Of a stretch of 64,000 bases of DNA, positions 17,823 to 27,034 are shown one piece after another. Origin of the DNA: an uncultured Candidatus Saccharibacteria bacterium (lineage in GTDB: Bacteria; Patescibacteriota; Saccharimonadia; UBA4664; CAZJNH01); the NCBI GenBank assembly GCA_964547425.1, contig CAZJNH010000007.1:4981-68980 (forward strand), read 5' to 3'. A program made the position numbers and the translations under genes. The notes below the pieces were generated by a model. That model ran no database searches, was not told the origin of the DNA, and saw only the letters and a program-made list of their open reading frames with translations. How positions within the stretch are numbered: position 1 is the first letter of the stretch; each line of letters opens with the position of its first letter.

Positions 17823-20800
17823 CAATACTGCCACCATTTGGTTTTAATGTAATCAAGCCAGCCAGGGGTATCGCCCGGCACTGGCAAGCCGTTCGTACCA
17901 GGGCTTCCAATTCCGCACGGTAGCGGCCCGCAATTCAGCTGAGACCCGGCTGTCTCGGCGAAAACGTCGTTGCCGTCAAGTTTGATGTAGTCGGATTTCA
18001 GGATTGGGTCGCCGTTGGCGCCGGCGATACGAGTCAAATTGTCGAGCGATGGGTAACCGTAGGGCTGGCCAATGCCCGTATAAGATCCAGTCCAGTTGAC
18101 CGGGTTAGACAGCTCGCCGCCAAAGGACCACAGATGCAGATATTCATGGCTCATCAGATCGACGGGATCTCTGCTACCGGAACCCGCCCCAACATAAAAG
18201 GTTCCATCAACCGGAGTGTATTGGACCCCATAAGCGCCTTTGTTCTGGAAGTTGTAGGTAGAGGACAACATACCGTTGTAGGGAGCACTGCTGGGCTGCA
18301 TCGCAAAAGATATGTGGTCAAAGGTACTTAGGTCGTCGATGCCCTTCATACCCGGGTGTATAGCGACCGATCTAAACGCGTTGTAAGCCTCTTCGGCCGT
18401 CCAAGCCCCTTCGGTAGTACAGATCTGAACCGTAATTTTGCCGTCGGTTGAAACGTACTGGTCGTAGAGCGGCAAAGTGTTGCCACCGATTGAGCATTTC
18501 GTGGTCGGGGTGGGAATCGAACCGTTTTGGACCGAAACCGTCCGGGTCGCGGCCACAGATGGTGTGCCGTTTTTACTATAAGCGACCGCGTTGACGGTGT
18601 GATTGCCATAGGTCAGACCATAAGAGTTGTAGCTAATCGACCAGTCACCGACGCCGCTGGCGATTCGAGGTGTATCGCTGTCGATGCCGACCATAACCTT
18701 GTCTAGTCCGCCGCCGGTGCCGTCGGAAGCCGAACCAGTAATCGTTAAATTGCCATTCACAACTGCTCCCGATGCCGGTGAATTAATACTGACCGTTGGG
18801 CTGGGATTGTTCACATAGACGGTGACCACCGCGTTGGCGGTATACTGCAATCCGTTTTGAATATCGTCGGCGTAAACATAGATTTTTTGTGAGCCGTTAG
18901 ACATCTTGGTGGTATCGACAGTGTCGGTCCAGTTATTCACGCCAGTTATGCGTCGCCAGCCACGAGAAGCTGAATCAGTTGCAGCCAGAAAATTGAGGTT
19001 CAATCCACTGGCAGTACCCTTGAGGGTGATAGTGCCTGAGACGTTGGTACCGTTGAGCGGTGAGCTGATGGCGACTTTCGGGTTACCGGTGCCGGTATTG
19101 TTCTTTATAGTAATGGGAATGTTTTTGACCTGGTTGTAGCCATACCCGTCGTGCGCTACAACTATCAGTTTGTAGTCGCCGTTAATTAGTTTGCTGGTGT
19201 CGATAGCGGCCGACCAGCTGGTAGTACCGGTTACAGGGTAAATTAGATCCGAGGGGTATACATTAGCTGGCTGGTACATATATGCGGTAACCGACTGGAT
19301 ACCAACCGGTGAACTGGCCGTTCCAGAGGCGGTGAAGGTACCGGAAACTGTGGCGCCGGAACCTGGGGAATTAACCGTAACCGTTGGCTCGGCGTAAGCA
19401 ACGGCTATCGAAAAATTAATCGAGGTCGTTGCCGAGTAGGTGGAGTTATAGGCCGTCATCGCTAAGGTGTAGTTACCGGGTGGCAGCGAGATTGAGTTAA
19501 GCGCCGAGGTCCAGTAAGTGGTACCTTTGACGCCTAGCGAGAACAGCGGGGTATTGTTTCCGGAGACGACCAAGGCGAATCTGGTGACGTCGGCCGAGGC
19601 GGTGCCGGTAATTTTGGTTACACCCCCGAGAGTTGAATTAGTGGCTGGGCTCGTAATGCTAACTGTGGGAGCTGCGCTGGCGGCGTTTTTAATCGAGACT
19701 GTCACCGCGGCCGGAGTGCCGTTACCACTGGTGTCCGTCGCCCTGACCGCCAGTCCATAGTAGGTACCGTTTGCAAACGGCTTCGTGTCCCAGTCATAAC
19801 TCCAATTGGTGGTACCTGTCGCCAAGTGCCAAGTGTTATTAAAGAAAACTTCAACCTTAGCTACCCCAACGTTGTCGGAGGCGGTGCCGGTAATAGTGAC
19901 GGTGTTGGTTAGAACGCTATTCGGTGTCGGGTTGGTAATAGTTACAGTTGGCAAAGTGGTGTCACCTACTGGAGCGTCTTGGGTCTTTAGGCTGATAGCA
20001 TTTGATGACGTTGAGGTATTGTTAGCCGGATCGATTGCTATGACGTTAAAGCTGTAGGTTGTGGAAGCCAATAGCCCAGAGCCCAGGTATGAAGTCGCGC
20101 CCGCGGCTGTGGTGGCAATCAGAGTTGAGTTTCGATAGACCCGATAACGTAAATCCGAGGCCGGGTTGTCTTGGTCGCTTGACGCCGTCCAGGTCAGATT
20201 AACCTGATTTGGATTGGGGGTCGTTCCCGACAGGTTGCCCGGCGCCGTTGGCGGTGTTGTATCAACTACGGGGTTGTTAACGCTAACGGTCACTGAGCTG
20301 GTTGTAATGTTGCCGTTGGTGTCGACGGCTCTGGCGATCAAGGTGTGGCTGCCGTTTGGCCCCGTAGCGGTATTCCAGCTATAGCTCCAGCTAGCAGTAC
20401 CGGTGGCTACTTGGTAAGCCGCGCCGTCGATCGAGACCTCTGTTTTAGAAACGGCCGCGTTGTCGGAGGCGGCACCGGTTACACTGACGGCACCGCTCAA
20501 AGAGCTGCCGTTAGCAGGATTGGTAAAGCTGACCACCGGCGGCGTGGTGTCGTCGGGCACCGGATAAGTCAAGCCCACGGTATAGTTGCCGGCTCCGGAA
20601 ACCCGGCTGACCACCACCTTATATTTTCCCAGGCTAACTGGAGCGGAGGCTATGATTGGGCTGCGACCGGTGCCGCTTGCCACTAAAACGCCGCTGGGAT
20701 TAAAGATCCTGACCCTCGGAGCTAAAGTGCCGCCATAAGTAAATGTTGCGGTTGCGGTGCCGGAAGCCGTCACCGACATATAGTACGTATCCGCGGTGTT

Positions 20801-20968
20801 TGTGGCGGTGAGTTTGCCGGTGTAGGTACTGGTTGTAGTCGCGGCAAAAACTTTTACCAGAACAACAATGCCGAAAACCGCAAAAACCAGCGCGAACGCA
20901 ATTTGTTGCGGGCGACTCATAGACTGAACTCTGCGAAAGTACGCTTTAATTGTAGCCATCCTCTTCAC
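17822..20968 (-). CDS. Large surface protein: PPC-like domain, multiple Ig-like (Big) repeats, one FN3, C-terminal HExxH metallopeptidase-like domain
   Basis: Signal/TM; repeated P.V.I..P..G....G...ITG.ASD; DTTPPTAP.NL..LTW.AS.D FN3; MSHEYLH. Confidence 0.8.
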   Translation of the reverse strand: MKRMATIKAYFRRVQSMSRPQQIAFALVFAVFGIVVLVKVFAATTTSTYTGKLTATNTADTYYMSVTASGTATATFTYGGTLAPRVRIFNPSGVLVASGTGRSPIIASAPVSLGKYKVVVSRVSGAGNYTVGLTYPVPDDTTPPVVSFTNPANGSSLSGAVSVTGAASDNAAVSKTEVSIDGAAYQVATGTASWSYSWNTATGPNGSHTLIARAVDTNGNITTSSVTVSVNNPVVDTTPPTAPGNLSGTTPNPNQVNLTWTASSDQDNPASDLRYRVYRNSTLIATTAAGATSYLGSGLLASTTYSFNVIAIDPANNTSTSSNAISLKTQDAPVGDTTLPTVTITNPTPNSVLTNTVTITGTASDNVGVAKVEVFFNNTWHLATGTTNWSYDWDTKPFANGTYYGLAVRATDTSGNGTPAAVTVSIKNAASAAPTVSITSPATNSTLGGVTKITGTASADVTRFALVVSGNNTPLFSLGVKGTTYWTSALNSISLPPGNYTLAMTAYNSTYSATTSINFSIAVAYAEPTVTVNSPGSGATVSGTFTASGTASSPVGIQSVTAYMYQPANVYPSDLIYPVTGTTSWSAAIDTSKLINGDYKLIVVAHDGYGYNQVKNIPITIKNNTGTGNPKVAISSPLNGTNVSGTITLKGTASGLNLNFLAATDSASRGWRRITGVNNWTDTVDTTKMSNGSQKIYVYADDIQNGLQYTANAVVTVYVNNPSPTVSINSPASGAVVNGNLTITGSASDGTGGGLDKVMVGIDSDTPRIASGVGDWSISYNSYGLTYGNHTVNAVAYSKNGTPSVAATRTVSVQNGSIPTPTTKCSIGGNTLPLYDQYVSTDGKITVQICTTEGAWTAEEAYNAFRSVAIHPGMKGIDDLSTFDHISFAMQPSSAPYNGMLSSTYNFQNKGAYGVQYTPVDGTFYVGAGSGSRDPVDLMSHEYLHLWSFGGELSNPVNWTGSYTGIGQPYGYPSLDNLTRIAGANGDPILKSDYIKLDGNDVFAETAGSQLNCGPLPCGIGSPGTNGLPVPGDTPGWLDYIKTKWWQY

Positions 20969-21069
20969 AAGATTACGCTTATGCTAGCACTCAACTGGTC
21001 TGTTTGCTAGCTTGATAGCTTGGTAGAATTGAACCGAGAGTAGTAATTGAGTAAAATACTTTAGTTTAT

Positions 21070-21144
21070 TGGGGCGTAGCCAAGCGGTAAGGCACATGGT
21101 TTTGGTCCATGCATTCGTAGGTTCGAATCCTACCGCCCCAGCCA
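21070..21144 (+). tRNA. tRNA-Gln(TTG)
   Basis: TGGGGCG/CGCCCCA acceptor, CATGG-TTTTGGT-CCATG anticodon arm, GTTCGAATC, CCA end. Confidence 0.97.
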
Positions 21145-21148
21145 GAAA

Positions 21149-21502
21149 TTATTTATTTAATGCTACCGCCTCTTTGATCAGTTCAATTAAAGCGGGCTCG
21201 TTGATACGGTCATTCTCTTTGAAGTCGATGGCTTTGTTGTTTTTCGATTCTAGGCCGGCATTGATCAGTTTGTGTGGATCGCTTAGCTGGGAGCCCTTAA
21301 AAAAGTTGATCTTAACGTGGTCTTTAAACGCAGCAATGGCACAGACGTTGCCGCCGTGAGTAAATACAGCCGTGCCCCACTTCCACTCCTCGACGATTTC
21401 GGGATCAGCCTGATGGATAATCTGGCGTAATTTTGCCAGTAAATCACCGCGCCAGCTCGCAGCACCGGCGATCTGCTTGTCGATTAATTTAGAAGCTTCC
21501 AT
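21149..21502 (-). CDS. DUF1801 (YdhG-like) protein
   Basis: WRG..L..LR..I..ADP.I.EEWKW, F.KG..L.DP.KL.NA.L. Confidence 0.85.
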   Translation of the reverse strand: MEASKLIDKQIAGAASWRGDLLAKLRQIIHQADPEIVEEWKWGTAVFTHGGNVCAIAAFKDHVKINFFKGSQLSDPHKLINAGLESKNNKAIDFKENDRINEPALIELIKEAVALNK

Positions 21503-21548
21503 GTTGCTCCAAGTATACGGCAAGTGCCAGAATTTTTGCGAGCCAAAA

Positions 21549-21586
21549 AGAACAACCCTCCCCGGTGACCCGGTGAGGGTTGTTGT
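21549..21586. terminator. Intrinsic terminator after the 21592-22666 operon
   Basis: AACAACCCTC..CCGG/CCGG..GAGGGTTGTT with a U-tract on the minus strand. Confidence 0.65.
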
Positions 21587-21591
21587 GTTCG

Positions 21592-21876
21592 CTACAGATA
21601 GTAGCGCGGATGTGACCGCAAACTTCTCCGTTCGCTCTCGCGGAGCCGCTTGAGGATCTCCGTGCCTTTTTCGCCGAGCGCGTCTTCGATCGTTCCCAAT
21701 CGGGCCGCTGGGAGCTCTTTGCCGAAGATACTTGGCTCGGAGTCCGGCGGCTCGGGATCTGGCAGCGGCGGCAAGACTTCGCGGATGTTGCCTTCGGCGG
21801 AGTGAATCTCCACCGCAGTCGACCTACCGATCCCGATCCATCGCAGAAGTCTCCTGAAGAGCCGGAACTCGATCAT
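21592..21876 (-). CDS. Hypothetical protein
   Basis: ATGA coupling with upstream ORF; GC-rich codon use. Confidence 0.5.
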   Translation of the reverse strand: MIEFRLFRRLLRWIGIGRSTAVEIHSAEGNIREVLPPLPDPEPPDSEPSIFGKELPAARLGTIEDALGEKGTEILKRLRESERRSLRSHPRYYL

Positions 21877-22055
21877 GCCAGGCCTTCTTTCTTGCGGCGC
21901 CACTTGAGGAGCGGGACTGGCTGGCCCCGTCGTTCTTTCTCGGCTAGCCGCTTAAGATCCTGACCATCCCAAAGACCTCGAATGTCGACGCCTTTGTCCA
22001 TCAGTTCCCGATGCAGTTTCCGTATCTCCGCCGCTCGGCGGGCCCAGTAACTCAT
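21873..22055 (-). CDS. Small basic hypothetical protein
   Basis: SD AGGAG and ATGA coupling to the methyltransferase. Confidence 0.55.
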   Translation of the reverse strand: MSYWARRAAEIRKLHRELMDKGVDIRGLWDGQDLKRLAEKERRGQPVPLLKWRRKKEGLA

Positions 22056-22666
22056 GGTTTCTCCTGCTCCCTTCGTAAGGCCAAAGTGAACCAGTTGCCA
22101 CTGCCGATTTGCTGGTGGTCTTCGTACACCAGCTCCAACGGTTCGGCGAGTTCGGTGACTAGTTCGGCGGTGTAGTAGTAGAACATCCGCTCACCGTAGT
22201 CGTCTTGCTTCAGCTCGGCCGAGTAGTCATTGCGTTCCTTGAGTGAAATCAGCGCGATTCCACCTTGGCGCAAGACGCGGGCGAACTTTTGCAGGACGAT
22301 CGACAGATCGGCGTCGTCGACGTGCAGTAGCGAGGCGAAGGCGAAGATGATGTCCAGGTTGTCGGGGTAACGGTAGCTCAAGGCGTCGGCCAGGATGAAG
22401 TTGCTACCTGGAACTTGCTTACGGGCCAGCTCCAGCATCTTGGCAGATGGGTCGAACCCTTCGTACCACCCGACCCGCTTTACGATCTCGACCGCGTCTC
22501 GGCCGGCGCCGCATCCAACTTCGACCGTCCGCGCTAGCTTGGGATCACCAGCCAGTTCGAGCGCCAGCTCGATGTCGTCCACTCGCGGCCCAATGCCCTG
22601 GAAATACTCGGCCAGACTGCGAGCCGACCGATTGTACGTGTCGATCGTCAGCTCGTGAGTGTTCAT
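22052..22666 (-). CDS. Class I SAM-dependent methyltransferase
   Basis: VEVGCGAGRD, GFDPS..ML..AR, FASLLH, LRQGG. Confidence 0.9.
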   Translation of the reverse strand: MNTHELTIDTYNRSARSLAEYFQGIGPRVDDIELALELAGDPKLARTVEVGCGAGRDAVEIVKRVGWYEGFDPSAKMLELARKQVPGSNFILADALSYRYPDNLDIIFAFASLLHVDDADLSIVLQKFARVLRQGGIALISLKERNDYSAELKQDDYGERMFYYYTAELVTELAEPLELVYEDHQQIGSGNWFTLALRREQEKP

Positions 22667-22714
22667 TAACTCCCCTTTGAAGGTTCCAGCCGGTTGGCAA
22701 CTATCTCCTTAGTA

Positions 22715-23062
22715 TCACTTCCGGAGAATCTTTTCCATAGGTTTACCTTTGGCCAGCTCGTCGACTAATTTATCGAGGTAACGGATTTCTTGCATAAGAT
22801 GATCTTCGATGTCCTCCACCCTAACGCCACAAATCACACCGGTAATCAATTTCCGCGCCGGATTCAGCTTGGCTTTTCCATAGAAGTTTTTAAAATCGGT
22901 TCCTTTTTTCAGGTGATCTTCTAGCTCTGGCTGGCTGTACCGAGTTAACCAGCGAATAATTTCATCCAGTTCCGCTTTGGTGCGCCCTTTGGTCTCTAAT
23001 TTCCTAACGTAGTGCGGGTACACCTCGGCAAATGGCAATGCGTAGAGTCGCTCTTTTTTCAT
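22715..23062 (-). CDS. DUF2200 family protein
   Basis: F..VYP.Y..K...KGRT..E...[35 protein letters not shown]. Confidence 0.92.
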   Translation of the reverse strand: MKKERLYALPFAEVYPHYVRKLETKGRTKAELDEIIRWLTRYSQPELEDHLKKGTDFKNFYGKAKLNPARKLITGVICGVRVEDIEDHLMQEIRYLDKLVDELAKGKPMEKILRK

Positions 23063-23075
23063 ATAAAATAAGTCT

Positions 23076-23336
23076 ATGTCAACAAAGACGATTTCTGAAG
23101 GAGTAGTTCACAAACTGCCGGCCGACTTGCGCGGCGCGCTGCTGGCCGATCCCGATGCCTTAGCTGAATGGGAGGACATTACTCCGCTGGCGCGCAATGA
23201 GTGGATTTGCTGGGTGGAGTCGGTGAAAAAGGTTGAAACCCGAAAAGACCATGTCAGACGAGTGCCGGAAGAGTTGGTTCAGGGCATGCGCCGGCCGTGT
23301 TGCTGGGTCGGCTGTTTGCATCGCAAACGAACCTAG
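23076..23336 (+). CDS. YdeI/OmpD-associated family protein
   Basis: [28 protein letters not shown]. Confidence 0.88.
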   Translation: MSTKTISEGVVHKLPADLRGALLADPDALAEWEDITPLARNEWICWVESVKKVETRKDHVRRVPEELVQGMRRPCCWVGCLHRKRT

Positions 23337-23392
23337 GCTCTTTTGGACTTACACCTATATCTATTGCTCGCTTAGGAGCGCATACTGGCTTC

Positions 23393-25096
23393 ATGAAGCA
23401 AAACGGCTTTAAATTACTTTGTATTAGGCTACTAGCGGTACTGGCGGTTATTGGGCTCACCGTAGCGCCTTTAGCTGTGCCGAAAAATGTGTTGGCCGCC
23501 GATACTTTGGTCTCGCGCGGCTGTCCAACGAACAACTACAGCGACAACTTGGTTTTAAACCCTAGCTTTGAGGACGCCCACGCCGGAAATTCTACCCCAT
23601 ATATCATTCGCAATACTCCCGGAGCAGTTTCCGGCTGGACTACGTTAAGTTTCTATTCGCAAATGTCGGTTGTGCTCGCAGCGAATGGCTACAATACTAC
23701 CCAATTCGCCCCTAATGGTTGGCCCGTCTACGATGGCGACAATGAGGCTGTGCTGCAAAGCTTTACAACCACCGGTGGGCTCACCGCCGGCAGCCTGTTT
23801 CAGCCGCGCCCGGGCTTGGTGGGAACGTTGTCTGCCCCGACTGTGATGGGGACCAAATATGTTTTGAGCGCTCGGGTTTCAAATGTTTCTAATGATTTAC
23901 CTGTCTACGTTGCTAACGTTGGGAGCGTTACAGCTGTGCCTGTGGCTATCGAGATGAGATTGCGCAATTCTACAACGCATGCCGAGAGCGCGCCGATACA
24001 AGCCATCATTCCAAATCATTTTCAGAGTGGCGGCTCCCCTGACGGCCACGAGTGGGGCTTAATTAGTGGCACGATCACGGCCGACCAAGTTTATGACAGG
24101 GTTGTGATCCGCCACTACCAAGACACCGGCTTTGCGTTTATTGATGACGTTGTCGTCTGTCGGGCCGCTGCCCCCACCCCGTGGTGGAAGGCCCATGCTG
24201 GGCTAGCCGGATTGTCAGTTGCCTTGTTAGCCGTTGCTGCCATGCTGGTCTATGGCGGCTTCGTTGGGCCTCATACTCACAGAGGCAGTAAACGCCGCAA
24301 GACCAGAGGATCAAATGTAGCCGTTGGCGACTTCAATTCCGATGGAGTGCTGGACAAGATTACTGAGAATGAGTCTCCATGGCCGACCGCCCGCATATTT
24401 CTGCGCAAAAATAAACTGTTGACCGGGGCCGCGGCCGCGATACTTACCGCGGCGGCCGTATATATTGCTAGCGCCAATGGGGGCATCTGGAAGAGCGTAA
24501 CCAACCCCATTGATACCGCTAGCAAGGGCTCCTCCTCGATAGCTTGCGCCAAAGGCCAGCATATTAAAACCGTGAACATGGTGGCCAAATGTGTCACCGA
24601 TAACTCAATCAAAACCGCTACTAAAACTCCAGCTCAAGCCAAAACCTGTACCGACCAAGAAACGGCGGTAGCTAACTATAAAGTTTTCCGGAATTCGACC
24701 TACAAGTACTGCATTCAGTACCCGTCGGTCTGGGAGGTAACCAATTCCGATCCGAGTATGGTGACATTCGGCAAAGTTCCTACTGGCGAGCCGGGGCCTG
24801 GCTGGCTCAAAGCTACTTACTTCACAAACAAAACGGTCACGATGCGCGCCGAGGAAATTATGAACAACTACAAAGAACCGGCTGGGCCATGCAAAAGCTC
24901 AAACGCCACACTCGCTGGGCAGTCGGCTAAAAGGCTGGACTGCACTGGCGCCGCCAACGGCGAGGACCATGTTTATGTTCTGCTCGGCCGCGGTCACGAC
25001 GTGGTTGAGCTCAGTTACGTTGAAGGCATGGGCGAGCAAAAAGCTTCGTACGACTCTAAGTACAAAGTTATGGTTGAGAGCTTCTTGTTCGACTAG
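23393..25096 (+). CDS. Secreted/membrane mosaic protein: CBM-like domain, two TMs, PsbP-like C-terminal domain
   Basis: Signal peptide; NLVLNPSFE..FIDDV CBM_4_9-like ends; F.N..Y.Y.I.YP..W..MVESF PsbP-like; leaderless start at 23393. Confidence 0.65.
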   Translation: MKQNGFKLLCIRLLAVLAVIGLTVAPLAVPKNVLAADTLVSRGCPTNNYSDNLVLNPSFEDAHAGNSTPYIIRNTPGAVSGWTTLSFYSQMSVVLAANGYNTTQFAPNGWPVYDGDNEAVLQSFTTTGGLTAGSLFQPRPGLVGTLSAPTVMGTKYVLSARVSNVSNDLPVYVANVGSVTAVPVAIEMRLRNSTTHAESAPIQAIIPNHFQSGGSPDGHEWGLISGTITADQVYDRVVIRHYQDTGFAFIDDVVVCRAAAPTPWWKAHAGLAGLSVALLAVAAMLVYGGFVGPHTHRGSKRRKTRGSNVAVGDFNSDGVLDKITENESPWPTARIFLRKNKLLTGAAAAILTAAAVYIASANGGIWKSVTNPIDTASKGSSSIACAKGQHIKTVNMVAKCVTDNSIKTATKTPAQAKTCTDQETAVANYKVFRNSTYKYCIQYPSVWEVTNSDPSMVTFGKVPTGEPGPGWLKATYFTNKTVTMRAEEIMNNYKEPAGPCKSSNATLAGQSAKRLDCTGAANGEDHVYVLLGRGHDVVELSYVEGMGEQKASYDSKYKVMVESFLFD

Positions 25097-25468
25097 TTAA
25101 CTTTTTTCGATCAAGTCGCCGGCGGTGATGATGGCGAACAGTTTGGCAAGTCCCCAACCGGCTAGCGCGTAAACGGCCATCGCGATTAGGATTGCTGGTT
25201 CAAAAACCGAGATGGTTTCGACGCCAGTGGCGGTGGAGATGTGAAAAATTGACCGAAAAGGTGTCACTAAGATGCCGCTGATCGCATAGATAAAGGAAAC
25301 AAAGCCGCTGTTTGGGTTCGCTCCGGACAACTGAAGCACCATTCTAAAAACCAGGAAGGCTTCAATGATCCCTAGCGCGTAATAGACGAGGTGGTACGTT
25401 TCAAAAATTAACTTGCGCTCCTCGGCGATCGCCGCTTTTTTGGCGCTTACTCGTTTTCTCTTTGCCAT
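25097..25468 (-). CDS. YggT family membrane protein
   Basis: L..R..L.L.GANP.SGFV.FIY.IS..LV.PF..IF. Confidence 0.85.
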   Translation of the reverse strand: MAKRKRVSAKKAAIAEERKLIFETYHLVYYALGIIEAFLVFRMVLQLSGANPNSGFVSFIYAISGILVTPFRSIFHISTATGVETISVFEPAILIAMAVYALAGWGLAKLFAIITAGDLIEKS

Positions 25469-25529
25469 TTGACCCTTGTATTATCTAACTCTTTAATTTT
25501 ATTGCCAATCGCCCGAAAATGCTAATGCT

Positions 25530-26963
25530 TTATGACGCATATGACGAACACTCTGAGGCCGGCGGTCGCCCTTGAACGATCTCGCTAAGCCAGCCCAACA
25601 CTTGTCCTCGCGAGACGTTAAACATTCTAGAATAGTGGTTCTCGTTTGAGAGCTCCCAACGAAAATTAGTCTCCCCTCCTCGGCATATGCGGTGGGCTAG
25701 TTCGGTCTGCGCGCTTTTTAAGATTACTTGGTCCTTGCGTCCCGATATTAACAGAACCGGCACGTCCACCGGCTCGCCGGCCAAGTTATTCACCATTAAT
25801 TTAGCTAAATTGGGCGCCGCGCCAGACAGGTCTTTACTTTTCATGCCTTGCAAAAATGCTGGGGTGTACAATTTGCCCAACGTGCCGGGGGTTCCAAAGT
25901 ACTCTATCCCGCTGCTGGCAAATGGCTCGACGTCGTTGATGCAGTACTTGCGGGCGTCACGTTCAACCGTTGGCGAGTATTTTGGCGTAAAGATCGCCCG
26001 CGCCGGCGTACTGACACCGTAATAATCCTCGTAGGCGGCGAATAGATAAGGTGGCAGCCAGTTGGTAGTGGCCCCGGCGGCGCTGTCGTAAAAGGTCTTG
26101 AGCATATCGGTGGCCGGCGCGAACAGTAAGATGCCGGCCGTTTTGATTTCGGGAGCGTATTTGGGCTGGAGTTTTTCTGCCCACAGCGCGGCGTGCCCGC
26201 CTTGGGAGTAACCGGACAAAAAGATCTCCTTGCCGACCGCGGGTCCTCGGAACTCTGGTTCAAATCGGAATTTTTGAGCCGCACGAACCAGATCCAGCAT
26301 TACCCGGCCTTCGCTTTCACCAACAAAATATGGTGAGATAACCCCGGCGCCGGTACGGGAGGCGTAGTCGGTCATGGCAACGGCGTAGCCCTGCCCAGCG
26401 TAAAAGGTCAGCACCGAATCATAACTACCCCAGTTTTTGTGGCTAAGACGCTCCAGAGTCGGCGCGCACTGCGGGCCTACGCCGGTAGTTCCCGGGCCAA
26501 ATGCGATAAGTGGCCGCTTACTGGCGTTTTGCGGCAAGTAAAGCCGGCCGGTGACGCTAATTTGACGACCATTTCTGGCGTCGACGCTAGTGTAGGTAAT
26601 GTTAAACTGTCGAACGCCAAACCGGGCCGGTTGCAACGCCCCGTCATAGTAGATGTAACGAGACTGGTAGTTAACTTGGGTTGCGCTTAGACTTCCGACG
26701 GGGGTTATTTTTGTAAGTCGGCCGCCGACGGGTTCGGAGACGGGAGTTTTAACCTTTATTTCGGTTTTAACCTGGTTCGTTACTTTGGCGACAGGTTTGC
26801 GGAACCACCATAGGCCTAGGGCAATCACCGGGATTATCCCCAGCCAGGCTAAATGCCAACGGCTAAAGCGCCGCCCCTCCCGCTGAGGCTCCAGCACTTC
26901 GGATACTTCTGGTATTTCGGGTATTTCCGGCACTTCCGGGATAGTAGGATCAGGTTCAGCCAT
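25530..26963 (-). CDS. Membrane-anchored secretory lipase (LIP-type alpha/beta hydrolase)
   Basis: GTTGVG..CAPT, GYAVAMTDY, GYSQGGHAAL nucleophile elbow, G.KD.V, C-terminal H. Confidence 0.85.
   Translation of the reverse strand: MAEPDPTIPEVPEIPEIPEVSEVLEPQREGRRFSRWHLAWLGIIPVIALGLWWFRKPVAKVTNQVKTEIKVKTPVSEPVGGRLTKITPVGSLSATQVNYQSRYIYYDGALQPARFGVRQFNITYTSVDARNGRQISVTGRLYLPQNASKRPLIAFGPGTTGVGPQCAPTLERLSHKNWGSYDSVLTFYAGQGYAVAMTDYASRTGAGVISPYFVGESEGRVMLDLVRAAQKFRFEPEFRGPAVGKEIFLSGYSQGGHAALWAEKLQPKYAPEIKTAGILLFAPATDMLKTFYDSAAGATTNWLPPYLFAAYEDYYGVSTPARAIFTPKYSPTVERDARKYCINDVEPFASSGIEYFGTPGTLGKLYTPAFLQGMKSKDLSGAAPNLAKLMVNNLAGEPVDVPVLLISGRKDQVILKSAQTELAHRICRGGETNFRWELSNENHYSRMFNVSRGQVLGWLSEIVQGRPPASECSSYAS
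26896..26940. repeat. Five degenerate 9-bp tandem repeats encoding PEV/PEI
   Basis: PEVPEIPEIPEVSEV at the lipase N-terminus. Confidence 0.6.
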
Positions 26964-27034
26964 CGGTTTTTCTCACAAGGGTTAAATTGCTTAGGCTTAT
27001 TATATAATGGAAGCCGATCTAACGGGGAAACGGT

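Noticed and set aside
21145-25096. Prophage or integrative island at tRNA-Gln
   Set aside because: Accessory-looking genes follow, but no integrase and no duplicated tRNA 3' end was found by eye
27022-27031. G-GGA-AAC programmed -1 frameshift into the acyltransferase
   Set aside because: Phase is wrong: a +1 shift would be needed from ATG 27007, and that ATG overlaps the -10 box
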